DNA of 64,000 bases from Desulfatiglandales bacterium (GTDB lineage: Bacteria; Desulfobacterota; DSM-4660; Desulfatiglandales; Desulfatiglandaceae): positions 1,120,001 to 1,184,000 of the forward strand of contig OY762721.1 in assembly GCA_963666345.1 (NCBI GenBank), read 5' to 3'. Positions 51,059 to 61,132 of this stretch are shown piece after piece; the first letter of the stretch is position 1; each line of letters begins with the position of its first letter. The notes beneath the pieces are model-generated. The model made no database searches, was not told where the DNA came from, and saw nothing but the letters and a program-made list of their open reading frames with translations. Made by a program: the position numbers and the translations under genes.

Positions 51059-51123
51059 AGATAACGATAAAGATTTTATTGAGAGTGATGCTTTGCAGCA
51101 TTCTCAATAAAATTGTGTTGGAC
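51059..51123 (-). other. attC-like site (65 bp, AT-rich)
   Basis: GTCCAAC..ATTTTATTGAGA / TCTCAATAAAAT..GTTATCT. Confidence 0.65.
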
Positions 51124-51467
51124 TGAGCCGATTCGCCCCATGCTATGGGGATTGTATCGGTTCTCTTATAAAGGATATCTGATAAATCTTTGTCTCTTTG
51201 ATAGATTGAACAGCGTTTTTAATGCAGTGGAAGTTCATACTACCATCTTCAACGGTCTTTAATGACCTGGGAAAAGGTGTTTTTAATGCTTAAGCACACT
51301 CTTTTCCCATAGGCCTTTCCAGGTCTCTTATGTTTGTGATCCAGATTTTTCTAATAGCCAGGTTGTTCACGGGGAAGCCCTCGCAGGCAATGGATTTATA
51401 ACTTTCCTAAAATGCATCCTTCCTTTGCCGCATTGGGGGCATACCATCACATCAATGCCTGTCAGCC

Positions 51468-51860
51468 TTAAGAGTAAATCTTGCCACCTTTCTCTCCCTT
51501 TAACGGAGCGACCTCTTTTAAAATGGTTTCCGGCGTCCCTTTGCTGGTCAGGCTGTAGACGACAGGTATTCCCACAGCCCTCGCCTTTGTGACAAGTGTC
51601 TTGATTTTAGGAACAGAAGCTATACATCGAGGCCTTCTCTCTGAATTACAGGTTCGCTTTTCAATGTCCAAAACCAAAAGGGCCGTAACCTTGGAGTCCA
51701 CTTTGACCGGTTTGATCGCAGGGGCCTCCGGCGCTTTGACGCTGGTCCATTCGTCAATAATCGTTTCATCTGCCCGAACAGGGCCTGTAAAAAACAAAAG
51801 AACGCCGAATAAAACGGTTCCCTTCATAATCATTTGTTTCACATTTATTTTCATAGTCAT
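51468..51860 (-). pseudogene. 3'-truncated duplicate of the isochorismatase-fold gene at 25129-25779
   Basis: Near-identical sequence up to APLKGEK, then diverges. Confidence 0.85.
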
Positions 51861-52256
51861 CTCTCTTAGTCCTCCATTTTTTTAACGCTGTAATCAGACG
51901 GGATTGATTCAGGCTTGAATCATTATTAAGCCCGGGCAAACCCGGCAAGACTGATGATATCTTAATAGCTGGTTCAAAATAATGAGTTCCAATATATCGG
52001 GAACTTAGATTTCAGTTAAATGTAAGACATTGTCGACCGCCCGTACCTAATCTTGTGCATTGAAAATTTTGAAATATTTATCCAATACCATTTTCATATC
52101 GCAACTCTCATTGAGCCTGCCATCTCCATAAGATACCACCATTTTTAAAGAAGGGTCCGGAAAGTAGCTTTTCCAAAAACTGATTTAAAGGTTGGTATCA
52201 TTTTCGATATAATCTTATCCGGATATGTTCGGTCTTAATTCACGGTTTTCTTTTAT

Positions 52257-53605
52257 GGTTCATCCGGCAAATGCCGGGGTAATAATATTGGTTGGTGAAT
52301 TTACTGTAAAAAGCCATAGAAAAATCGTCGCCAATGGGTTATCTCGTTTCTGAGCTACGACACTACAGACACGAGAGGAGACCGACAATGGCGACGACAA
52401 GCTTTTTGTATCACACAATGGGCCTTAAAGGCTACCGACACATTCGTACCGAGTATCGTTATGGTGTTGTCTTTTACCATGTAAAACTGAGGAACACCAA
52501 ACGCAGGTGCAGAAGATGCGGTGCCAGGTGGCGTTATCTCAGAAAAGCAGGAAAATTTACCAGGGTTTTTCATGCCTTGCCCATTGGCAGAAAGCCACAG
52601 AAGATAGTGCTTCATGGGCATGAACAATACTGCCGGCATTGTGGACGTATATTGAGGGAACCCATTAAATTTGCCAGAGGGAAAAAGCGTTCTTTGAGAT
52701 GTTTTGATCGATTTATCGTTGATCTGTGCACTATTGCTACCATCAAGGCAGTGGCTGCGTTCCTTGGGGTTGGATGGGATCTGGTTAAAGGCATCTTCAA
52801 GGAAGATCTTAAAAAGCGCTTGAGCAGACGAAAGCTGAGAAGAGTCCGCTACATTGCGGTTGATGAGTTTGCTCTTCGAAAGGGGCATCATTACATGACT
52901 GTGGTCATGGATCTTGAAACCGGACAGATCCTTTATGCTGAGAAGGGCAAGGATGCACAGGCCTTGATCCCTTTTCTCAAAACGCTGCGCAGGAGAAGAA
53001 TAAAACTCATGGCAGTGGCAATGGACATGTCCCCGGCCTACATGAATGCTGTTAAGGAAGTATTCCCCAATGTTGATATCGTACACGATCCTTACCATGT
53101 GGTGGTTAATGTCAACAAGGCTATTGATGAAACCAGGAAAAATATTTACCGCACCATGACAGGCAAGCAGCGTGGCATCATTAAAGGATCGAGGTTTTTG
53201 CTGCTCAGACCGCTAGAGGCTTTAAGTGAGGCCTCACTTTCAAAGCTTTCTGCTATTATGGAAATCAATGAGCCGCTGTATAAAGCATATATACTGAAAG
53301 AAGAACTTCGCTGGTTCTGGAATCTACCGAATGCATGGTTAGGTGAGCAATTCTTGGATAACTGGATCAAGGAAGCATACGAAACAGGTATCAAAAGCTT
53401 CATAAAGCTGGCTGATTCACTGCTGCGACACAAACCAGGTTTGTTATCATATTTTGCTCACCGTATCTCCACTGGTCCACTTGAGGGCCTTAACAACAAA
53501 ATCAAAGTGCTCAAACGACAAGCATATGGTTTCAGAGACAACGAGTATTTTAAACTACGTCTCTACTTCTTACATAATGACACCCCGGCATTTGCCGGAT
53601 GAACC
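52257..53605 (+). mobile_element. Complete ISL3-family insertion sequence
   Basis: Perfect 24-bp IRs GGTTCATCCGGCAAATGCCGGGGT; 8-bp TSD TCTTTTAT. Confidence 0.95.
52388..53602 (+). CDS. ISL3-family transposase
   Basis: Zn finger CRRC/CRHC, IAVDEF, AMDMS, HDPYHVV, EGLNNKIKVLKRQAYGFR. Confidence 0.95.
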   Translation: MATTSFLYHTMGLKGYRHIRTEYRYGVVFYHVKLRNTKRRCRRCGARWRYLRKAGKFTRVFHALPIGRKPQKIVLHGHEQYCRHCGRILREPIKFARGKKRSLRCFDRFIVDLCTIATIKAVAAFLGVGWDLVKGIFKEDLKKRLSRRKLRRVRYIAVDEFALRKGHHYMTVVMDLETGQILYAEKGKDAQALIPFLKTLRRRRIKLMAVAMDMSPAYMNAVKEVFPNVDIVHDPYHVVVNVNKAIDETRKNIYRTMTGKQRGIIKGSRFLLLRPLEALSEASLSKLSAIMEINEPLYKAYILKEELRWFWNLPNAWLGEQFLDNWIKEAYETGIKSFIKLADSLLRHKPGLLSYFAHRISTGPLEGLNNKIKVLKRQAYGFRDNEYFKLRLYFLHNDTPAFAG

Positions 53606-53677
53606 TCTTTTATTTTGCCCCATCGTGTTTATATTAAAAGCAATGTTTAAAACTTATGACATGAGCGAATATCAGGA

Positions 53678-54373
53678 ATGAACAAGACTATTTCACTAAT
53701 CACACTTTCAGTATCTCTAATACTCGGTATGACACAACCCATTGAATCTGCCGCACGAACGGAAACAGCCACTATTGCAATGGGCTGATTCTGGGGACCT
53801 GACTCCCGGTTCGGGGGCATAAAAGGCGTCTTAAGCACTGAAGTGGGGTATACGGGAGGTATGACAAGAAACCCCACATACCACAGCATTGGCGACCATA
53901 CAGAGAGCCTTCAAATTCGCTATGACCCTGAAATGATTGACTACGGCTATATCCTTGAGACCTTTCAAAAGAGCCACATAATAACTGATAGATCATTTTC
54001 CAGACAATATCGATCCGCCATATTTTATCATGATGAAACCCAGAGAAGGATTGCCCAAAAAATGCTTGAAAGGGTCGAAAAAGATACCCGCAAAAGGGTG
54101 TACACTCAGATCGAAGCCTTGAAAATATTCTACCCCGCAGAGGATTATCATCAAAAATATGCCTTGAGGAGACATCCCGAGATCATTCGTCTGCTGGTGA
54201 ACCATTATAAAAACGAGAAGGAGTTTATGGAATCCACCATCGCAGCGAGGCTAAACGGTTATCTGGGCGGACATGGCAATTTAGGAATCGTGAGAGAAGA
54301 AATTTTGAAACTTGACATTGAAGACGATAAGAAAACCAAATTAATCGGATTACTGGAAAAGGTCATCCGTTGA
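53678..54373 (+). CDS. msrA: Selenocysteine-containing peptide-methionine (S)-S-oxide reductase with signal-peptide-like leader
   Basis: ATIAMG-U-FWG (TGA 53786-53788) at the GCFW motif; VGYTGG, PTY, HTE, AEDYHQKY; hairpin 53803-53817. Confidence 0.92.
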
Positions 54374-54379
54374 AGCCCA

Positions 54380-54736
54380 TACTACACTTTCAAATAAAGG
54401 GGCTTTATCACCTGTTGTTTCATCTCAAAACACCAGGATATATTCCCACTGAAAAATCCCAGATCATCTGATCAGGTGTGCACTGGTCTGGATTTTCTTC
54501 ATTTAACAGGATTTTCGTCTTTTACGATACCATTTTCATATCACAACTTTGGCTAAGGTTGTGATTTCACCCGCAAACACCAGGATATATTCACCATGAA
54601 AAGCCCCAAATCCTCTGATCATATCACAGTTCTTCACTAAGCTGAGATACCAACCATTTGACGCCTTTTTCCTTTTTATGAGATAACTTTCAAATCGCAG
54701 GTTCGGTTAACCCTGTGATATCCAGCAATAACACCC
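54380..54736. repeat. Degenerate ~150-bp tandem repeat (~2.4 units)
   Basis: AAACACCAGGATATATTC..TCTGATCA twice; hairpins at 54540-54565 and 54694-54719. Confidence 0.6.
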
Positions 54737-54846
54737 ACTTTTACAGCATCAATGACACAAGATAAAGTCATCCCTCTTGTGATTACCTTTGGAATTGTTG
54801 ATTTTTATAGCTGGCCGGAATTTTTGGATAGGATAATTATTTGCAG

Positions 54847-56592
54847 CTATTCATCATCATAAAGATGCATATCAGGATAATATTTTTTGGCACATTCTGG
54901 ACAAATACCGTGGCTAAATTCAATATCGGAATGTTTGTTCATATATGATTCGATCTTATTCCAATATCCCTTGTCATCGCGTATCTTTTTGCAGTGAGCG
55001 CAAATGGGTAAAAAACCCTGTAATGTTTTAACTTCTGATAGTGTTTTCTGAAGTTTGTCTCTTTCTTGCTGCAGAGCCTCCTCGGCTTTCTTGCGCACTT
55101 GAAGGGTTTTTGTCAGTTCCTCGTTTTTGATCTTTATTTCCAGGGTTCTATCCTCCACCTCCTGCTCAAGGTTTTCGGCATATGCCTTTTCCCGGTCCCT
55201 GGCATCGCACAGATTATCAATCATATTATTAAATGATTGGGCAAATGAGCCTATTTCATCTTTTGTATGTATATCAACGTGCGTTGTCAGATTTCCTTCT
55301 TTAACACGCAAAGCCCCCTTGGAAAGCTTGCCTAAGGGCCTGATGAAGTTCTTTATAGAGAGTATTGCTATAGCAATAATCGAGATTATCAAGAATAGAA
55401 TAGTTGCCAAGGTGAATTTCGTAGCCATTGACTTAACTGTTGAATCCAGCACGTTGCGGGTTTCCTGGATAGAGCCAAGAATAACGTCCTCAGCTACTAC
55501 TGTACCTAAACGCCATCCGGTTGAAGGCAAAAAATGAGAAGAAAGTATATATGGTTGTCCATTCAGAACAAACCGGGAAACCTTGTATTTATTCTCAATC
55601 ATACTTTCGCCTATCTTTCTGATTTCCACATTAGAGGAGTCCAATAGACTATGTTTCAGGATAACCGTGGCATCCACCAGTTTGTCCCGGTCTATCTTGA
55701 TTTCAAACATATCCAAATATTCCGGAGGGAAGGCAATAAGCCTTCCCTGATTATCAACAAGAAAGGAAAACAGGCCGTTCATCCTGTGAGGGGAGGGTAT
55801 GTTTTCAAAAATGTCGGTCACAATGGTATCCAGGGTAATATCAACCCCGGCTCCGCCGAGGTATTGTCCGCTCTTGCTGTAAACAGGGGTGCTCGCAGTG
55901 ATCAACAATCCCTGGTCGACACTGTCTAAGTAGATATTCGACCATACGGTCTTGCGTTCAAGGTTGTTTTCCGGCTTTGTAATCACATACCAGTTCGCAT
56001 TTCTTATATCAAATTTTGTTGTCGGAGGAAGTTTATCCACACCATGAATATTGGGATAGTAACGGGCGATTCCGGGCTCGGTGACAACATAACAGGCAAT
56101 ACTTTCGGGGTTTTCCTCTTTAATGGTTTCGAGAAAGGGATCAAGGTGGGAAAGAGTATTGATCTGTTCAATGATTCCCTCTGACATGTAAGGAGCGCCC
56201 CAGTATAATACCATTGTTCTTTCTGAACGATCATTTGAAAAGATTCCATTATGCGGGTAGACGACGATTTTCTCGTTTGGTTTGAGAGGCGTTTTTCCGT
56301 ATAAGGTCATATTTTCCAGGAGAACAGCAGACTGTTTGGCTATCATGGCTGAAGAAGCGGCGAACTTTTTGAAAGTGTTTTCATATCGCATAGCCTGTTC
56401 ATGAGCGATACGGGCCAGAAAAGCGTTTGCATTATCCCTGATGTTTGTTTCATTCCTGGAGGCGGATAATTCTCCGAATTCCGTAATCAGTTGTTTAGCG
56501 ATATAAGCAAGAGAAACCATTGACAACACCAGCACAAGTGAAAACGTTATCAACAATTTAACCCCTATTTTCGAATACAGCCATTTACGCAT
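54847..56592 (-). CDS. Membrane sensor with Cache-type and HAMP domains and a C-terminal Cys-rich motif
   Basis: Two TMs, WS..Y.D, DEIG..A.SFN.M, LPICAHCKKIRDD..FSHGICPEC. Confidence 0.8.
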   Translation of the reverse strand: MRKWLYSKIGVKLLITFSLVLVLSMVSLAYIAKQLITEFGELSASRNETNIRDNANAFLARIAHEQAMRYENTFKKFAASSAMIAKQSAVLLENMTLYGKTPLKPNEKIVVYPHNGIFSNDRSERTMVLYWGAPYMSEGIIEQINTLSHLDPFLETIKEENPESIACYVVTEPGIARYYPNIHGVDKLPPTTKFDIRNANWYVITKPENNLERKTVWSNIYLDSVDQGLLITASTPVYSKSGQYLGGAGVDITLDTIVTDIFENIPSPHRMNGLFSFLVDNQGRLIAFPPEYLDMFEIKIDRDKLVDATVILKHSLLDSSNVEIRKIGESMIENKYKVSRFVLNGQPYILSSHFLPSTGWRLGTVVAEDVILGSIQETRNVLDSTVKSMATKFTLATILFLIISIIAIAILSIKNFIRPLGKLSKGALRVKEGNLTTHVDIHTKDEIGSFAQSFNNMIDNLCDARDREKAYAENLEQEVEDRTLEIKIKNEELTKTLQVRKKAEEALQQERDKLQKTLSEVKTLQGFLPICAHCKKIRDDKGYWNKIESYMNKHSDIEFSHGICPECAKKYYPDMHLYDDE

Positions 56593-56791
56593 AACGACAC
56601 CTTAAAAGAGGTTAACGTATGGTTTGACTACTGTAATAGTGCATTTCAACCTGATCCCAGATAATTCAGTGAGTCAGGCGACATCACAAACCATGCTTTC
56701 TGCATCATTATTTATCTGATAGCCGACCATTTCAAGTATGCTACCGGTATCCTGGAAAATTTCAGAGCGAGCATACTCAAGGTTCGGATAA

Positions 56792-58744
56792 TTATTCTTG
56801 AGCAGAGGCCATTGCCTTGTTCAGCACCTCCCGCACTTTGCGCGTCAAACCTGCCGGTGAAAAAGGCTTTTCGAGAAAATTAAGTCCCGGTGCCAGAACA
56901 CCGCGATGAACAATAGAGTCGTCAGTATATCCGGACATGTAAATCACTTTCATTCGTGGGTAGAGAGTTTGCAGCCGTTCTGCGACTTCCTTACCGCCCA
57001 TCCTGGGCATCACCACATCAGTGATCAGCAGATCAATCGTTCCCTCGTGCTCCTTGCTTATTCTCAAGGCATCTTCCCCGTTTTCAGCCACCAGTACTCT
57101 GTATCCATGGGGCTGGAGAGACTTTTGTGCAAGTTTTCGAAGACTATTATCATCTTCTACAATCAAAACGGTCTCAGAACCACTAAGCTTCTCAATAGGG
57201 GTTTGTTCTTTTTCCCCCTTCTTAACATCTCTTTTTACCTTGGGCAGATAAATCTTGAAGGTGGAACCCTGTCCGGGCTCGCTGTAGACCCATATAAAAC
57301 CATTGTTTTGTTTGACAATGCCGTAGATCGTGGACAGGCCCAATCCTGTACCCTTGCCTTTTTCCTTGGTGGTGTAAAAAGGATCAAAGATATGTTCCTG
57401 GAGTCCTTTGTCCATCCCTATGCCGGTATCACTTACAGTCAGCAACACATAAGAGCCTGGCTGCTTTTCAACAGTGCCGTGATCGGTAAAATAGTTCTCG
57501 CCCAGATCCATGTTGACCGTTTCAATGGTGAGCTTGCCTCCATTGGGCATGGCGTCCCTGGCATTGACCGCCAGGTTCATGATCACCTGCTCCATTTGTC
57601 CGGGGTCTATCTCTACCTTCCATAAGCCAGATCCTGGGGTTATCAGAATTTCAATATCCTCTCCAATCAGGCGGACAAGCATCTTTTTTATACCTGTCAA
57701 TAATTTATTCAGGTCCAGAATCCTAGGCTGGACAATCTGTTTGCGGCTGAAGGCGAGGAGCTGGCGGGTCAAAGCGGCTGCCCTTTCCCCGGCTAACTTG
57801 ATCTCCTCTATCTCCTCAGTTAAGGGTTTATCGGTTTCGACAGTCATTAACATAAGGTCAGCATACCCGATGATGGTGGTCAGTATATTGTTGAAATCAT
57901 GGGCCACACCGCCTGCTAAGGTGCCGATGGCTTCCATCTTCTGGGCCTGACGGAGCTGCGCCTCGATCTGCATGCGTTTGGTGACATCGGTGAAGAACCC
58001 CACGTTGCACTCCAGGCCGTCGATGACGGCCGAGGTCGTTTGGATGTCCGCAAAGATGACGCTGCCATCTTTCCGGAGGCAGGGAAGATTCGGAGCGAGA
58101 AGCCTATCGCCACGCGCCTGGGCCTCGAACTCGGCCAGGACGTGATTGAGCGACTCTTTGGGGTGGATATCCGTCACGTCCAGCCCTATGAGCTCTTCTT
58201 CGGCATACCCCAACATCTCGCATATGGCTGGATTGCAGTATCTGAATCTCCGGGTCTCCATGTCCGCCACCAGTATGCCCTCTGTAGCTCCTTCAAATAT
58301 TATCCTATACCTTTCTTCTGATTCTTTGAGTACCTGTTCTGCAGACTCTTCCAGCAGGTCTTCTAATTGCCTGCGCTCGGTAATGTCCTCGATGGCCAGC
58401 AGGATGATCCGTTCCTTGCCCCATGTTTGTTCAATCTGGCGGGCATTCAACAGCATGACGCGCCTGCCGATGGTGGCAAAATCGTGTTCAACCTCATAAT
58501 TGTTAAAGCTGGTCTTTTCGGGAAGAATGGTTTCCAGCAGTTCCCGCAGCTTGGGGATATCCCACTGTTTGTTGCCAAGGTCATAGATAAGCCGTCCCAC
58601 AGTCTCTTCGGGTTTTACCTTGAAAAATTCATAGAAGGAACGGCTGGCTGCGATAACCTTCAGCTCTGAATCAAGTACCAAAAGGGGTTCACGTATTGTT
58701 TCTACGATATCTTCGAATATCTGGTCTGTCTGAGTCGCTACCAT
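56792..58744 (-). CDS. PAS-PAS hybrid sensor histidine kinase with receiver domain
   Basis: AHDFNN, NARDAM, GTGLGL, VEDD..TDVVMP..EKPF. Confidence 0.9.
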   Translation of the reverse strand: MVATQTDQIFEDIVETIREPLLVLDSELKVIAASRSFYEFFKVKPEETVGRLIYDLGNKQWDIPKLRELLETILPEKTSFNNYEVEHDFATIGRRVMLLNARQIEQTWGKERIILLAIEDITERRQLEDLLEESAEQVLKESEERYRIIFEGATEGILVADMETRRFRYCNPAICEMLGYAEEELIGLDVTDIHPKESLNHVLAEFEAQARGDRLLAPNLPCLRKDGSVIFADIQTTSAVIDGLECNVGFFTDVTKRMQIEAQLRQAQKMEAIGTLAGGVAHDFNNILTTIIGYADLMLMTVETDKPLTEEIEEIKLAGERAAALTRQLLAFSRKQIVQPRILDLNKLLTGIKKMLVRLIGEDIEILITPGSGLWKVEIDPGQMEQVIMNLAVNARDAMPNGGKLTIETVNMDLGENYFTDHGTVEKQPGSYVLLTVSDTGIGMDKGLQEHIFDPFYTTKEKGKGTGLGLSTIYGIVKQNNGFIWVYSEPGQGSTFKIYLPKVKRDVKKGEKEQTPIEKLSGSETVLIVEDDNSLRKLAQKSLQPHGYRVLVAENGEDALRISKEHEGTIDLLITDVVMPRMGGKEVAERLQTLYPRMKVIYMSGYTDDSIVHRGVLAPGLNFLEKPFSPAGLTRKVREVLNKAMASAQE

Positions 58745-59164
58745 AGTGCTCTCCTCTCTACATCAAGCCTTGACTTTATTTTGTTTGAATAAATGGAGCT
58801 TTTGAGTGTCAAGCATACTCGCTGTATCATTGATTTTTTTAACCTTTGAAAACTCAACCATGCTTGCATCTTGCATAATACTTCAAAATCTTCACAATAG
58901 GGATAGTTATCCTAACTTCAGGTATGCAAAATCATCGTAAAAGCGGAAAGGCCATTTAGCTTGATTATCAGTCAATCACTATATCCACAAATTAAGGATA
59001 ACATATTTATAATAATATGAAAATCTTTGATCTACAAATATTAGCTCATATTGACATAGCTTTTCGATACCTCAATATTCTAAGCAGCTTAAATAGTTCA
59101 GATATGTTTGACTTATCATCGGTAGGGCGTGGGTAAAGGGATGAGAAAATATTCCAGGTCCCGG

Positions 59165-60706
59165 CTACCTGTACTGCTTCGGGTTTATATCGTATTTTTT
59201 TACCTTGTAGCCGAAGATGCGCTCGGTGGTCTTTAAGGCCATTGCGGCCTGGCGCATGTTACCCCTGCTGTTTTTGAGTGCCTCCACAAGAAGCTCGTTT
59301 TCATATCTTTCTACCGCCTCTTCAAGGGAATTGGACTGCTGGGTGCCTGTCTCTTCCGCGGTCTGAAGAGTCGGCGGCAGATGATAGCCGTGTATTACCT
59401 GATCGTCACACAGGAGTACGGCCCTTTCAATGCAGTTTTCAAGCTCTCTTACGTTTCCGGGCCAGTGATACTGAGTGAGCGCGTCAATGGCGGGCGTTGA
59501 TATCCTCTTTATGTCCTTTCCGTATTCCTTTGCGTACTTTTCCAGGAAATAGTCGGCAAGAAGGAGCAGGTCCGATTCCCTGTCCCTTAAGGCGGGCATA
59601 TAGATGGGATACACATTGAGCCTGTAGAAGAGGTCTTCCCTGAAACCGCCCTCTTCCACCTCGGCCGCCAGATCCTGGTTGGTGGCGGCCACGAGCCTGA
59701 TATTGACCCTTATGGTCTTTGTCCCGCCCAGTCTTTCAAGCTCCCTTTCCTGGAGGACCCTCAGGAGCTTTGCCTGGCTTTCAAGGGCGAGTGAGCCTAT
59801 CTCGTCGAGAAAGATCGTGCCCCCGTTTGCAAGCTCGAATTTTCCCGCCTTCTGCGCGTTTGCGCCGGTAAAGGCCCCTTTTTCATATCCGAACAGTTCC
59901 GCCTCGACAAGATTTGCCGGCAGGGCCGCACAGTTTACCTTGATAAGGGGTTTTCCCGATCGCAGGCTGTTATAGTGGATGGCGTTTGCGACAAGCTCTT
60001 TTCCGGTGCCGCTTTCACCTAGGAGCAGGACATTGGCATTGCTTTTTGCCACCTGGGTGATCAGGTAGAATACCTCCTGCATCTTGCGGCTGTTTCCTAT
60101 TATGCTGGTAAAGCTGTATTTCTTATTTAAGGTCCTTTTAAGCCTTATGTTTTCCTGCCTCAACTGATCCGTTTCCCGGTTTATCCTCTCAAGAAGCGCC
60201 ACCTTCTGGGCGATAAGGCTGCTTATCACGGTCAGAAGCCGCACGTCTTCATCCAGAAGATCCTTGTCCTGAAACGCCCGGTCCACGCTCAAGGCCCCTA
60301 TTGTCCTTTTTCCGCTCTTTATCGGCACGCATACAAATGAGATCTTTGATTTATCTATCCCCTTTCGTGATCCCGTCTTATCCAGAAAAAGAGGTTCATC
60401 ATCTATATTGGGCACAACCATCGGCCTTCCCGATTCTATTACCCGGCCTGTAATGCCTTCACCCAGCCTGTACCGCCCCTTTGTCTTTTCTTTTTTGGAG
60501 AGCCCGTGGGCGACCTCGATATGGGTCTCGGACGTGTCAGGGTCAAGAAGGGTAATTGAGCCCCTTTTCATACCGAGGTGCTCTGAAAGGAGATCCAGTA
60601 TGCCGTAAAGAGATTTTCGCAGGTCAAGCGTGGAATGTATTGCCAGACTTATCTCATAAAGGCATGCTATTTCATCAGGCCTGGGGCCGGTCTTTTTTCC
60701 GCTCAT
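59165..60706 (-). CDS. GAF-domain sigma54 activator, NifA-like
   Basis: GEGITG.V GAF motif, [27 protein letters not shown]. Confidence 0.9.
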   Translation of the reverse strand: MSGKKTGPRPDEIACLYEISLAIHSTLDLRKSLYGILDLLSEHLGMKRGSITLLDPDTSETHIEVAHGLSKKEKTKGRYRLGEGITGRVIESGRPMVVPNIDDEPLFLDKTGSRKGIDKSKISFVCVPIKSGKRTIGALSVDRAFQDKDLLDEDVRLLTVISSLIAQKVALLERINRETDQLRQENIRLKRTLNKKYSFTSIIGNSRKMQEVFYLITQVAKSNANVLLLGESGTGKELVANAIHYNSLRSGKPLIKVNCAALPANLVEAELFGYEKGAFTGANAQKAGKFELANGGTIFLDEIGSLALESQAKLLRVLQERELERLGGTKTIRVNIRLVAATNQDLAAEVEEGGFREDLFYRLNVYPIYMPALRDRESDLLLLADYFLEKYAKEYGKDIKRISTPAIDALTQYHWPGNVRELENCIERAVLLCDDQVIHGYHLPPTLQTAEETGTQQSNSLEEAVERYENELLVEALKNSRGNMRQAAMALKTTERIFGYKVKKYDINPKQYR

Positions 60707-60774
60707 GCTTAAGCTCTTCGCTTTCTTTTTTTTAAGTCAGGAGATATTATCGTGCGTTTCCGCCCTGGAAACAA

Positions 60775-60816
60775 TCCAAAATAGTATTTTTAAGGGTTTT
60801 ACAATACAAATTTGTA
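60775..60816. promoter_or_regulatory. Putative autoregulatory site pair upstream of the NifA-like gene
   Basis: Perfect palindrome TACAAATTTGTA (60805) and degenerate TCCAAAATAGTA 30 bp away. Confidence 0.55.
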
Positions 60817-61132
60817 GATAACATGGCAAGCCCTAAAAAGAGGCCCGGAGCCACATAAACAAAAAAAATCCCGCTAGATGCCACGGACAAATCTTCCCGG
60901 CCCTTTGAACCGGCGCGTTAAAGCCATTAACAAGCCTTGCGGTATCTGATATCCCCTGTCTCAAGCACAACGGGGGAGGGCTGCGGGAAAAAGCAAAAAA
61001 ATTATTGTTATTGAAAAATAAAAGCGATAGATTTAAACGCTAGTTTTTTCATGCTTTTAAATCGGATTGTTTACAAGAGGGACGATCTCCCGCAGATATT
61101 AAAAAAAGGTATACAGATAAAAGGAGAATTAC

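Noticed and set aside
56906..57625. 239-aa ORF antisense to the hybrid kinase, and similar shadows at 14331-15140, 2744-3544 and 52355-53098
   Set aside because: Overlap well-supported genes on the opposite strand
59165..60706. Calling the gene nifA
   Set aside because: No nif genes in the window; the associated motif is not TGT-N10-ACA
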